DNA of 64,000 bases from Carcharhinus longimanus. Lineage: Eukaryota. The position numbers and the translations under genes are program-made. Positions 1 to 12,165 of the stretch are shown here, piece after piece. The notes beneath the pieces are model-generated. The model was not told the origin of the DNA. It did not search any database and saw only the letters and a list, made by a program, of their open reading frames with translations. The stretch spans positions 28,540,805 to 28,604,804 of the forward strand of contig JASCQW010000109.1 of the NCBI GenBank assembly GCA_030264375.1, read 5' to 3'. Each line of letters starts with the position of its first letter. Within the stretch, counting starts at the first letter, position 1.

Positions 1-93
1 ACTCCACACAGACATTGACACGAGCCGGGAATCGAACCCAGGTCCCTGGAGTTGTGAAGCAGCAGTGCTAACCACTGTGCTACCGTGCCGCCC
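1..93 (-). mobile_element. HE1-like V-SINE, 5' tRNA-derived head (cut by window edge)
   Basis: Reverse complement gggcggcacggtagcacagtggttagcactgctgc...ggttcgattcccggc has Pol III A/B boxes. Same head as the other copies in the window. Confidence 0.85.
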
Positions 94-99
94 ATAATG

Positions 100-1133
100 G
101 GGGTGATCCTCCCATTCTGCTGCACTAAGTTTTTGCACATCAGGCTAGGAGATTCCAGTGGTGCCCGATGCACAGGATCCACTCTGGCCAGCTCAGTGCC
201 GGATTTCCTACGGCATCACATCTGTGCCGGAGATTGGTGGGGAGGCGCATAAATTATGGCAATTAACGTTACCATATATTTTAAATGTGATTAGCGGTCC
301 TGGGACTGATGTCTCCAGGCCTGTTAGAATCTCCACCCCTCCCACTGCCAGAGTGGTTCATTTCAGCGGAGATTACTACAGCTCCCCACTTTTGGGGAGC
401 TAGCGGCCTGAACCCATTGGAGTGAAGGGAGGAGCAATTAGGGCCCCCCCCCCCCCCCAAAGAGGGTCTGGGGACGAGGGGGGCATGGTGCCTCCTGGGC
501 ATTGGCACCAGTGCCAGCCTGTGCCCTGGCACTGCTGAAATGGCAAAGAGCCTATGCTCAGGGGGAGCCTTGGCACTGCCAATTGGGCAGGGGAGGGAGG
601 GAGGGAGACCAGCGATCAGGGCTGGCCATTGTGATGGGGGGGGGTGCAGTTGGAGATGCCATGGGAGGCAGAGGAGGGGTGGTCGAGACTACCAGTGGGG
701 GAGAGGGGTGCGGGAGATTGGGGCTGCAGGAGGGAGCATGGAGACGGGGACAGACATGGTCAGGGGGCCAGCAATCGGGCCATTGGAGACATTGGGCCAT
801 GGGTCAGAGGTACAGCGTCACAGGGGTCACTGGGCTGGCCAGCGATCGAGCTGTCCAGCAAACAGGAGGCCAGCAGTGCAGGATCACTGCGCATGATCCA
901 ATCTTGGCACTGACAGATTGGCGCATGCTCAGTGGTCCACTCAGCGCTATGCTGCCAGCCCCCTGGGTGGGGATAGGCCCTACAGACTGAATTCTGGAGT
1001 CAATCATGCCAGTGCTCTCTGCAGTACACAAAGTGTGGGTTCATTTTGAAACTTCCACTGAAAAAAAACAGTGTGATTTGCTTTTCACGTGAATTTTTTT
1101 AAAATTTAGAATTTCTTTGGGAGAATTCCAGAC
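100..1133. mobile_element. GC-rich non-autonomous DNA transposon-like element (probably Harbinger-related)
   Basis: Imperfect terminal inverted ends (gggtgatcctccca ... tgggagaattccag) and an internal hairpin at ~880-940. The 860-1070 segment is homologous to 33560-33780. Confidence 0.55.
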
Positions 1134-1835
1134 AATATGTTGCTTTTTCATTTTCTGCTTTTGCCTATCAAGACTGCAGCTAATCCAAAAGAAAAAAATC
1201 TATCCAGCATTAATTGGAAACAATTTAATTCTACAAGTGCAACATTTGGTAACACACAAGTCTGGGTCGCTGCTACCCTGCCCCCACTTGCTCACACAAT
1301 GGCACACACCCCTTGCCTCTTCCTGTGAAATAACTGATCTGTGTTGTGTTCCACTTGTTTCAGGGTCGTCTTTTTGCTTTTATTAAACAACTCAATACTC
1401 CCAAATATAGTCAACACTGGAAAACCCAATGATAAGCATCCATTTGGAAGTACATTTTTTCTGGTAGAATTCAATATGACAATACAAGATTAAATATGTT
1501 CAGACTATTTATTATGTATCGCTGACCTTGAGAAAGTAAAATAGTACGATTCACCTTTTTATTTTAGTTAGGATGTGACTACTTGTGTGGAAAGAAAGGC
1601 TTTGTTCTAATCATAAATGGGTACTGCCTTTGTTATTTTACATGGAGAAACAACTTTGCAGTGATTTCACCATATTCTCACTCAAAGATAATGCTTGTGC
1701 AATAAAACGATAATTTTCATGAAAATCATATTACCAAATTCAGTGGGTGGTAATCTTATTCTGAAGGCACCTTTTCAATAAAAATTTTGAGTCAAAGTCC
1801 ACAAATATTGTCCTAGTAGATATCATTTAGTAATC

Positions 1836-2179
1836 CATAGAAACCCCAGAGTGTACAAGTGGACCATTTGGCCCATTGAGTCTGTGCTGACTCTGTAAAA
1901 GAGTATCCAACCCAGGTCCACTCCCAATCAAGTGACCTTGCGCATTTACCATGAGTAATCCACCTAACCTGCACATCTTTGGATGCTAAGGGGCAATATA
2001 GCATGGCCAACCGAACTTGCATGTCTTTGGGCTGTGGGAGGAAAGCAGAGCACCCAGAGGAAACCCATGCAGATGGGAGAATGTGCAAACTCCATACAGT
2101 CAGTTACCTACGACCGGCAACGAACCCGGGTCCCGAGTATTGTGAGGCAGCAGTTTTAACCACTGTGCAACAGTGTCAC
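1836..2179 (-). mobile_element. HE1-like V-SINE
   Basis: tRNA-like head, V-core (gtttgcacattctccc...gggtttcctc), LINE-derived tail ending ...ttctatg on the minus strand. Confidence 0.85.
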
Positions 2180-2233
2180 AATGATCTTATTTGGTATAAA
2201 TAGAAAAATACATGACTACTTAGTTGTATAGAG

Positions 2234-2341
2234 CTTGAGCGTTGCTGAAAAGGAGACATACTATTGATACTTTTCATCTTGCACTCAATAGGCTAGATGC
2301 AAGAAGAACAATTCTAAAAGGGAACAACAATTTATGCTGCA
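2234..2341 (-). mobile_element. Penelope-like 3' terminal (pLTR) fragment; continues at 3548-3610 after a CR1 insertion
   Basis: Reverse complement of 2234-2341 joined to 3548-3610 aligns with 19840-19995, the tail of a GIY-YIG-bearing fragment. Confidence 0.65.
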
Positions 2342-3547
2342 CTTTATTTTGAGTGGCAAGGACTGATTAGGGACAGTCAGCATGGCTTTGTGAGTGGAAA
2401 ATCAAAAATTTGATTGAATTTTTTGAAGGGGTAACCAANNNNNNNNNNTGTTGTTTTCATAGACTTTAACAAGGCCTTCAACAAGATACTGCCTGATAGG
2501 TTGTTGTATAAGGTTATATCTCACAGGATCCAGGGTGAGGTAGCCAAATGGACACAAAATTGGCTTGATGACTAAAAACAGAGGGTGGTTGTAGAAGGTT
2601 GATTTTTCAAACCGGAGGGCTGTAGCCAGCAGTGTGCCTCAGGGATCAATCCTGGGTCCAATGCTATTTGATATTTATATTAATGATTTGGATGAGAATT
2701 TAGCAGGCATCGTTAGTAAGTTTGCAAATGACACCAAGATTTGTGGCATAGTGGATAATGGAGAAGGTTATCTAGAATTGAACAAGATCTTGACCAATTG
2801 GGCCAGTGGGCTAATAAATGGCAGATGGAGTTTAACTTTGATAAATGCAAGATCTTGCATTTTAGATCAAACCAGGGCAGGAATTACTCAGTTAATGATA
2901 GGATATTGGGGAGAGTTATGGAACAAAGAGATTGAGGAGTAAAGGTTCTTGGCTTCTTGAAAGTGGGGTCACAGATGGACAGAGTGATGAAGAAGGCTTT
3001 GGCATGCATGGTTTCATTGGTCAGAATTTGAATACAGGAGTTGGGATGTCTTGTTGAAGTTCCACAAGGCATTGGTAAGGCCACACTTGGAATACTGTGT
3101 ACAGTTCTGGTCACCCTATTATAGAAAAGATATTATTAAACTATTTCCTTGGAGCATAGGAGACTTAGGGGTGACTGTACAGGGGTCTATAAAATAATGA
3201 GGGCCATAGATTAGTTAGATAGTCAACATCTTTTCCCAAAGGTAGGGGAATCTAAAACTAGAGGGCACAGCTTCAAGGTCAGAGGGGAGAGATACAAAAG
3301 GGTTCAGGAGGTACAATTTTTTCTCAGAGAGTGTAGAACAAATTGCCAGAGGTAGGAGTAGAGGTGGGTACAATTTTCTCTTTTAAAAAGCATTTAGATG
3401 GTTACATAGGTAGGATGGGTATAGAGGGATATGGGCCAAACGTGCATAAAGGGCAACTGCGACTAGCTCAGTGCCTTAAAAAAAAAGGCAGCATGGACAA
3501 GTTGGTCCAAAGAACCTGTTTCTATGCTGTAAACCTCTATGACTCTA
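2342..3547 (+). mobile_element. CR1/HER1 LINE, 5'-truncated, decayed RT C-terminus plus 3' UTR
   Basis: ORF 2634 has PQGSILGPMLFDIYINDLD...KFANDTK (CR1 RT motifs). Ends in ctctatgactcta tail. Confidence 0.9.
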
Positions 3548-3698
3548 TGCATGAGAAGAAGGTACTGCCTGTTGACAAATTGACTCTGATTGGTAGAGTT
3601 GCTGTGGTAATTACTGCAAACAAGCTGAGGCCAAAACAAATATTTCCACTGTCAATAAAGTCTAGGCACACAACAAACCACAGTGAGGTAAACGACAA

Positions 3699-3879
3699 GG
3701 GTTGGGATATCTGACCCCCCCACCCCCCGCTGCAGGTTTTCCCATGGTGAGATGGCTCACCATTGGCTGCTGGTGGGATCTTCCTGTCCTGTCGAAGTCC
3801 ACGGTCATCCTGCTGCTGGGGTCAACTTGGTTGGACCAGAAGATCCCATTGGCAAGAAGGACCAGAAAACCATGCCTCA
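3699..3879. mobile_element. Short MITE-like element
   Basis: Resembles 10345-10472, 16248-16383 and 29222-29434. Internal inverted tgggatcttc...gaagatccca. Confidence 0.5.
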
Positions 3880-3889
3880 GATTCTTTTG

Positions 3890-4032
3890 TGGTCGATGAG
3901 GGGTAAGTATTGACAAGTACGCTTGGAAAACTTACATGCTATTCTGAGAATTGTGGGCTGTTACATCCACTTGGGAGGGAAAGTGGACCTCAATTTAACA
4001 TTTCATTTGAGATCTGACAACTCTGACTGAGG
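3890..4032 (-). mobile_element. Deu-domain SINE fragment (SacSINE1-like)
   Basis: Reverse complement resembles the core of 61400-61570. Confidence 0.5.
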
Positions 4033-4892
4033 TGGGGGAGCTTTTAAATGTTCAACCGCTGAATCAAAGATCGTTCATCCCATTTATCAATGCAAGATTA
4101 AAAATTAATTCATATGCACTTTACAGGAGGAAAATTTATTCAACAAATATAACTTTTTGTCCTCAAGTTTTTCTCAAATACTTTGCCCCAGTTGCAATGT
4201 TTCAGAAGGCTGAAGTGAAGATAAATAAGAAATGCACGGCATGGTTTTTATTATCATTACTCGATCTTAGACAGCACATTCATAATGGGTGATGATTTTA
4301 ATTCACCCTCCCACAACAATCTCTCCTCTGGGACCCAGTTTCTCTAGTTTGAGATAAGACAGAGAAAGAAAAGAACTAATGATGCCCCTTGAGGATGGTA
4401 ATAACAGAAGGAGATCCTGAAACTGTGTGTTTGCTTGGAATCATCTTGTTCTCAGTTACTTTGGCCCTATGAATAATGAGGCAGCAGGAGAGAGTGAAGA
4501 CATTGATGAGAAGCAAAGAGACCCAGAAATGTGGAAGTCCTATCAAATTGAATTGCTTCAGCATTTATTTACTTTGTTTCTAACCCAGTATTACATTGCT
4601 TGTTGTGTGATTGAGGCACGATTAGAAGTGACCTTTTAAGGATACAAGTTCTCTTATGTACCTTTGCAACACTCCACTAACATATGTCTAAATAATTCCA
4701 GTCATAAGTTAACTTCAATATAGTTAACAGAAGTATTAGCTAAGGATCTGGATAAAGTCACCCAACGTATTACATACCAGGATGGATTTGGTCGACTCAA
4801 GATTGTATTATACAGCAAAGTGGCTTAATTTACAATTTGAATAAGGATCAGTCACGAGTGAAAACAATTTTGATTTTACAGACCAGCAAATG

Positions 4893-5208
4893 ATCATAGA
4901 ATCCCTACAGTTCAGAAGGAGGCCATTCAGCCCATTGACTCTGCACCGACCACAATCTCACCCAACCATATTCCCATGACCCCACATGTTTACCCTGCTA
5001 ATCCTCTGATACAAGATCAATTTAGCATGGCCAATGTACCTAACCTGCACATCTTTGGACTGTGGAAGGGAACCAGAGCACCCAGAGGAAACCCACACAG
5101 ACACAGGAAGAATGTGCAAACTCCACACAGTGACCCAAGGCCAAAATGGAACCCGGGTCTTTGGCACAGTGAGGCAGCAGTGCTAACCACTGTGCCACCA
5201 TGCCACCC
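4893..5208 (-). mobile_element. HE1-like V-SINE, full length
   Basis: Head gggtggcatggtggcacagtggttagc, V-core, tail ...gggattctatgat. Confidence 0.9.
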
Positions 5209-5550
5209 AACAGCCAATGAATATCTAATTGATACATCCAAATGAAACAAACCTTTAAAGATACTTATGATGTGGAGGACTTTCAAAGTGGGTGAAATAC
5301 TGGGCAATGTTGAGTTGATTTTCATTACTCATGCAGGAAAACTACTTTCCTCTTTATATCTAAAAGTTTGTTTGTCGGTCCACCTCGTGTCCAACGAGGG
5401 GCATACAGGCGATGGGTCGTACTGGGGCTGCTCTTGGTTGTTCGAGATTGNNNNNNNNNNNNNNNNNNNNNNNNNNNNNNNNNNNNNNNNNNNNNNNNNN
5501 NNNNNNNNNNNNNNNNNNNNNNNNNNNNNNNNNNNNNNNNNNNNNNNNNN

Positions 5551-5640
5551 AGGGGTCGTGGGTGGAGAGGGGGACTGGTGGTATTGAGATGGCGGCGCGG
5601 GCTCGTTGGGCCGAAGGGCCTGTTTCCCGGGCTGATTTTG
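5551..5640 (+). mobile_element. HER1/HE1-type 3' tail after a gap
   Basis: ggctcgttgggccgaagggcctgtttcc matches the LINE/SINE tail seen elsewhere in the window. Confidence 0.55.
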
Positions 5641-5929
5641 TTCTTTGTTCTTTATTTTCCCATCCCCTTTTGCATACCCCTTTCTGTTCCTGGACAGCAA
5701 TTTTTCTTTGTATAGTTAAATCTCCAGTCAACTATGTCGAAAAACATTTGAAAAAGACAAAAAGCTGTTGATGTTAGTGTGATCACTATCACTTTCATAG
5801 TCCAGATCAACTGAAATTGAGGCTGCCAAGAGTAACTACCACACTCCAAGTTCAACTCTTGTGAACACTGCTCATTGCTCACATGCTAGGAAATCACCTG
5901 CAAAGCTACAATTGCAGTCTTACAAACAA

Positions 5930-6900
5930 AGCTACCACCTGTCTAAAGTATGCTTCCACCTTAGCCATGCCTATCTACACCAGAGAACATCTCCTGCTCT
6001 TGGCAAACAGTTTGAAGTTTGTGGAAAACTCAACCACTTTGCTTGTATTTGTCAGTCATTGGCAAAAACAACTACAAAGACCAATACAATAAAAAGATGT
6101 TACATCCACACTTATTACAGCTAAAGGGAAAGAGAATGTAGCCAACGTAGAAGCAGAAGAACCTGAAAATACTTCTGTGCCCTCTCTTTTGGGCGCAGCA
6201 ATCAACCGTGTGCAATGGTGACCAATGGCTGATCAGATGTAGATGCTCTCATAGATATAGGAGCATCAATTCAATATCATAGAACTCAAAACATTCAGCA
6301 AACTTTTGGATTGCCTCATTCAACAGCAATGGGTTCAGTAAATTTGTGAACCACCCAGGTTTCAATGATTGAAAAATCACACCTTGTTGGTGCAGCACCA
6401 ATGGAGAAGTCAAGAAATTGAAAAAGCGATAGGTGCAGCTACAGCTGACAGCAAGTAGAAGCATGAATCGGGTTGATTTTTTTTGCGATTACAGAATGAC
6501 TCCTCAATCTACTACTGTAAAACCTCCAGCTGCATCCATCTTTGTGCATCCTCTGTGCAAATGTCTTCCTGATCTACCGCATGGAGCTAATGATTAACAT
6601 GTGCGTGAACATGTGCTAGAGAATAGAAAGATTAAGTTAAAAGTAATGCAGAGTAAGACCTCAAATTCAGAGCTACACCACTAAAGCCAGGAGATAAAGT
6701 GCTTGTGAAATGTGACCGTTATGTTAGAAAGCAAACACCTTCTTATGACATCCAGCCATTCATTGGGACTAACAAAATTATCAGTGATCACTGGTGCTGA
6801 AAATACTGGGCATAAGCATTGAATCTGATTCCGAGATCGACATCTCAGATGAAAAACCTGAGTTAAATGAGTCCACACTTTATGTTAGACCAATTCCTAC
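5930..6900 (+). mobile_element. Decayed, internally deleted Gypsy-type LTR retrotransposon remnant
   Basis: Gag zinc-knuckle-like CFH...H...SPALGKQFEVCGKLNHFACIC (ORF 5861). Protease-like DALIDIGAS at ~6242-6268. Integrase C-terminal-like LKPGDKVLVK at ~6681-6710. Confidence 0.65.
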
Positions 6901-7099
6901 TCATGAGGGNNNNNNNNNNGGAAAGCATCCACCATCCTTAAATGATGATGTTAGAAAGTGAAGTGTTTACAGCTGGTAAACAAATCTTTCATCTCATTGT
7001 ACATGACGGGCACATTACTAAATTAATAGAAAAGTTACAATTGTGTTACTAATGTAAGTTTATTGTTTAAAACAGTCAGAAAAAATCTTTTAAACATGC

Positions 7100-7790
7100 T
7101 TGGGGTGATCGTGAGCCCCGTGTTTATCATCTGGAGGAACGCTGGCGAGTGTTCAAGATTCGGTGAAACCCACTGGCAAATCTCACCAGCAAACTCATGA
7201 TTTTGGACTTTCGTGACCCCTCGCTGCTGATGCAATTTACATTTATTTTAACATATTTGCATATTATTAAACATCTCCTGGGCAAGTATGCAGCCCTCAC
7301 CATATTTTCAAACTGCGCTGAATGATGTCATAGTGGCATGGTTCCTGAGGAGAGGAACATATCTAGGTACTGCCCTGGCAATACCCCCGGCAAGGCATCT
7401 TGGTAGAGGTTGCTGGGTTGGCACCATGCCCATGTCAAACTAGCAGTGCCAACCAGTGCCATGGGTCAATACCAGGGGTTGACCCCAGCGGCAGCCTCAC
7501 TGTGGGAAGGGGGATTCATTTCTTTGTGGTGATGATTGGGAGCACATTGGCTGAGGTAGTTGGGGAGAAGGGTCCAATGTTCCAGGGAAGGACGGTAGCG
7601 AACGTCACCTACTGTTGGGGGTTAATGCTGGCTCCAATCGAGTTGGGGAGTGGGGATGAGCATTGCTGGCTCAGATCGAGTTGGGGAGTGGGGGGCAGAG
7701 GGGAGACCATGAGACCTCCGGGGGCGGGAGGGGGGCGGGGTTATTGTTTGATCTGATTGAACCTTTAAACATGGCGCCCCGATTTCAGGC
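7100..7790. mobile_element. GC-rich non-autonomous DNA element, related in style to 100-1133
   Basis: Starts ggggtgatcg..., G-rich interior with ggcac/gtgcc motifs as in 480-580. No coding capacity. Confidence 0.4.
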
Positions 7791-8513
7791 AGCTGGGCTT
7801 TGCTGTTGTGTTGAGTCTCTGGCCCTGTTACATGATGGCATGAAACACGTCCATCTGTTCTTTTAAACAGAGCGAGGCGAGATCTGGAGAGAAAACTGGT
7901 GTGTTTCTCTGAAAGACACACCTTTTCTTGTGAGAACCAATACTCTGCCATTTCTTGGTAAGATTTTGCCCGCTATAGCTCTCGTTTATTAAGAAGCGGA
8001 GGCTTGTTGCATTTCGAGAACTGCATTGTGCGTTTTGTCCGCTTGAAGCTACAACATATGCATATACTGACAGAAGGGGTGAAGAGAGTTTGAAAAAATC
8101 CATGTTTTAACTGTACATTTTGGGTTCTCTTTCTTTCTGAATGTGGCTGAATGTTATGGTTTCTGCCTTCAAACTTCATATCTACCCTATCCTCTCCTAC
8201 ACCACTGGCATCACGTGAACTGAGTGAAGGCTCTGCCTCCAATAAAACAGTAAGGAACTCTCAAGCAAGGCTGGAGCTTATCCTATCTGATCTAACATAA
8301 AGCTATCCAGCTGCATTTCCATTGGAATTACACAGATTGTATAGGAAGGATCACAAGTTTTTGACCAGCCTGAAGGCCACTGCAAAATAAACTTGTTTTA
8401 ACTTAAATGAGTTTCTTCCAAATGAACTGGAGATAAAACAGTTTTCTTTTTAAGAAAGAGTAAAAGCTTTAGATCTGTTTTACACGGTATTACAAAGTAC
8501 ATGAAGCACTTAC

Positions 8514-8651
8514 CTTGGCAGGTAAAGCATTTGACATGAAAGTGGTTATTATGGACCCGCACCACCTCCCCTTTGCATACTCCTCCACATCTGTAGCATC
8601 GGATGCTTGTGGGCACACCTCCCAGGCTATATGAGTTCTGTTGATAGGGTA
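8514..8651 (-). CDS. ablim3: Internal coding exon of actin-binding LIM protein 3 (N-terminus plus first zinc finger of LIM1)
   Basis: Minus strand reads (x)PYQQNSYSLGGVPTSIRCYRCGGVCKGEVVRVHNNHFHVKCFTCQ, colinear with human ABLIM3 IPYQQNPYN...IQCYRCGDTCKGEVVRVHNNHFHIRCFTCQ as recalled. Pyrimidine tract plus tttcagcag acceptor, G|gtaagt donor (acttac at 8508-8513). Phase 1-1, 138 nt. Adjacent exons not found in the window. Confidence 0.93.
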
Positions 8652-10044
8652 CTGCTGAAACAAAACAAATAAATGCCAGTTAGGAACAGACTACAATAAA
8701 CACTGTCTAAACTTTCCAAAAATAGAAGCTTCATTGGCTTCTGCATTGCTTTGAGCATTTACGTTCATATTGATGTGTAACTCCTATTGTATTCTTGGAA
8801 AAAAAATGAAATTAGCTAAATCATGGATTGCCACTGTTGTAGAGTTGGGAGATGAGCAGTTTATCGACATGTGCATGCAAAAACCTCTGTTTTTTTTATG
8901 TTGGGTGAGGGTTGATTTATTAATGAGTAATCTGGTAAGGGAAATACATCAAGCAAAAACCAGATGTTTTCTTCGTGAGGGAAGAGGGATAAATGATAGT
9001 TACTGAAAGGGCTAATAATTACACAAGTTTAAAAATCACATAAGCTACAAGCTGAACCTCAGTCACACAGAGAAAGCTATGTGCAAACAACAGATCTTTA
9101 TTAAAGTAAACCCAGTTAAGAGCCAAGGACAATTTAATTGAATGATGTACAATTGCAGCTCAAGGGACAATGGAAAGGGAGGTTGATATCCCATTGGTCA
9201 GAGGTATAGCTATATTTTCTTGATGATATAACATGCACAAGTTTCAATTGGAAATTATATCCTTATGTATGCATGATGTAACCTTAACCAATAACTGAGT
9301 GGATAGATATAATTCCTATACTTTTATTTGTATCTGTTAATTACTTGTCATTGAAGTTGAAACTATAATTGCTTATGTATTTCTGAATTTTTCACTCTGA
9401 CTGGTCTGAATGACTTCAGTTAGGGTCTTATAGCTATAATCTTGAATAAAAATCTTGAAACCGCTCCGTGACTTCATCTGGGTGATTGAGAGGAACAATA
9501 GTTTTAAATACAAGAAAACCGTCATGGCAATTCAGTGACACAACTATGTACCACTGAGTTGCTCTTATGTAATGCACATCAATGGCTATTGTCCTGCTGA
9601 TAGTCATTGAACCAAACACTTCACTTATAATCTTAGGTTGGGATTACTGATGTTTATGTGGCAATGACGTGAAGGGTGAAATAATAATATACAGCTTTTA
9701 ATGAACGTTAATACTCTAGTCTGCTTTAGAAAAATTCACTTAAGAATATTTTGCTTTTGAGACCTGCAAATAAAAATATCCCAACAAGTAATAGGTAAAT
9801 ATGAAAGATCTTAAACAGCCTAAGGGTGAACAATCTTTTATGGAATTTATATGCTCTGCAGCATTTAGTTTTTATTGTATTACCCAGGCTGACAAAGCCT
9901 GATGAAGATTAAGAGTTTTAATATTGTCTGATTTACTTTTGTATATTATAATATCCCCAGTAGTGGCGAATATTAGATACAATTAAAATAAAACGAATAC
10001 AGATAATGGTTGGAAAATGAAAACAAATGTCATTATGTATACTG

Positions 10045-10281
10045 AAACAAGAAGAAAAAATGCTGGAAAATCTCAGCAAGTCTGGCAGGATTTGTCGGGA
10101 GAGAAAAGAGCTGACGTTACAAGTCCAGATTACTCTTCGTCAAAGCAGTTTTGACAAAGGGTCATCTGGACTTGAAAAGTCAGCTCTTTTCTCTCCTTAC
10201 AGATGCTGCCAGACTTGCTGAGATTTTCCAGCATTTTCTCTTTTTGTTTCAGATTCCAGTACCCGCAGTAATTTGCTTTTA
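10045..10281. mobile_element. Fold-back (palindromic) Penelope-pLTR-derived element with 15-bp TSD
   Basis: Arms ~10057-10146 and ~10148-10237 are reverse complements. Flanked by tcattatgtatactg (10030-10044) and tcatgatgtatactg (10282-10296). Confidence 0.8.
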
Positions 10282-10344
10282 TCATGATGTATACTGTTGC
10301 ATTTAAAAAACCTGCATGACGGTCTTACAAAATTCAAGAACATC

Positions 10345-10472
10345 GGCCAGGATTTTGTTTTCCTCCCACCACAGGGATCTTCTGGTGCCATTGAAAGTCA
10401 ATGGATTTCTAGCTGACCTGTCAGATCCATGACAGTGAGTCTCACCACAGCAAGGTGGAAGATCCCTGCCGC
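10345..10472. mobile_element. Short MITE-like element
   Basis: ggccaggatttt ... ggaagatccctgcc imperfect TIRs. Shares a gtcaatgga core with 16248-16383. Confidence 0.5.
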
Positions 10473-11907
10473 AATATTGATGGGTGCAGTCCAATAGCTC
10501 CAACTATGGACCAAACAGGGGCAAGAATTAACCAAAAATTGAACTCTGGCTAACCTAAGTGAGTGGATGGGAATTGAGGAAAATGGTTCTGGTCCGCATC
10601 AACACTACTTTAGTAGTAAGTGTCTAATACTTAAGGATTTGGGGAAAGTTGTTTAATAGTTCATATGTCCTAGTGCTCATTTTTATTGAGCTGAAGTAAA
10701 AACCAGGGTTTTTACTGTAGTGGAAAGTTGTTAATGAATGCCAGTTTGTTTAAAGCTTTTTTTTTACACAACCTGTCACCAATAAGGCTCATTGCTTCTA
10801 TATAGTGTATAGGCGATGAATGAGCATGGAAATACCACAACTTGGCATGAGGATCCAGAGGAGTTGTTTATTCAGAACATAGGTTTGCATGGTGTTTGGC
10901 GGGGGAGGGGTGAATGAGGGACTATAGAGGCTGCTGTGGGAGAGATGTTTGGTGGGGACATAGATTGGCATTGGGGGCATGAGGATAATCTTTTGAACTT
11001 ACTTTTCAGAAACCCTGGTAACTGTGTCAATTGGGACCCCTCATCAATTTTAAAGGGTTCCTGAGTCAGCCAGATATGCCAAAGCATCAGAATCTGACAT
11101 CCCTCCATGGAAGGCAAAACTGAACCAGGAATTTTCTGTCTCCTGCTACTCAACCTCGAGGATGAAAATCCAGGCCTAAGCGTCTCGAGCGGGAAATAGC
11201 AGTAGGTTCCCTGCCAGGTTTACCNNNNNNNNNNNNNNNNNNNNNNNNNNNNNNNNNNNNNNNNNNNNNNNNNNNNNNNNNNNNNNNNNNNNNNNNNNNN
11301 NNNNNNNNNNNNNNNNNNNNNNNNCAGTAGGTTCCCTGCCAGGTTTACCAGTGACAAAGTGGATTTGATCCAAGACAAGATACAAAAAGGTAAGTTTTAA
11401 GCAATGCTTCACTTTTATTTTGAGGCTACAAGGATACCTCCAAGAAAGCTTAGGTTTGCTGTTGCATGAGCTTTACTATCTCATCCTCCTCCCAGTCACA
11501 AGGTCCACCATGGGATGGCCAATTTTTAAACGCATCTGGTCTCTGCAGGCAGAAATTTAAATTCCCCGGGACTCTGTTGCTGCCGCAGCTAGGTTCTGAA
11601 TTAACATCAAAATCCAACTGTAGTTAAAAGCAGGGCTTTTAAATGACTTGTCATTTCAGTGTTTTGGAGTCAATTATAAAAATCTGAATGCTCCTCTCCT
11701 GTACAGCATTTAATTGTATTGTACTCACAAGTTGCAAATTATGGGAAAATAATATTCTTTAATCTTTAAATGTGATAGAAAAGTTCATTAACTTTCCCTG
11801 TAGAGTAAGTTTATCAAGTAGTTCATGTGCTATCAGCAGGAGTTGCGCATACTCATATTTCATTTCTAGCCACTATTGCTTGCAACACAGCCTGCATTCC
11901 AGGATAT

Positions 11908-12165
11908 CTTTTTACTTTATTCATTCGTGGGACATGGACATTGCTGGCTGGCCAGCATTTATTGCCCATCATTAGTTGTCCGAGGGCAGTTGAGAGTCAA
12001 CCACATTGCTGTGGCTCTAGACCAAGTAACGATGGCAGATTTCCTTCCCTGAAGAACATTAGTGAACCAGATGCATTTTTCTGACAATCGACAATGGTTT
12101 CATGGTCATCAGTAGATAATTAATTCTAGATTTTTTAAAAAAGAGGTCAAATTCCACCATCTGCT
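11908..12165 (-). mobile_element. tRNA-headed SINE family B, 3' portion
   Basis: Reverse complement aligns with 30360-30600. Confidence 0.7.

Noticed and set aside
158-1031. Cluster of overlapping ORFs in a GC-rich region
   Set aside because: Low-complexity G/P-rich translations of a repeat that has a second copy at ~33 kb. No domain motifs.
7930-8080. CpG-containing segment near the exon as an extra exon
   Set aside because: No LIM-like translation. The plus frame LPFLGKIL hints at an old LINE RT scrap, too weak to annotate.
8398-8616. 72-aa ORF as a standalone gene
   Set aside because: It is the ablim3 exon read through the splice donor into the intron. Its start is a GTG within the exon.
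11200-11349. Perfect 25-bp direct repeat (cagtaggttccctgccaggtttacc)
   Set aside because: The copies directly flank a 100-N gap, so it is most likely an unmerged contig overlap.
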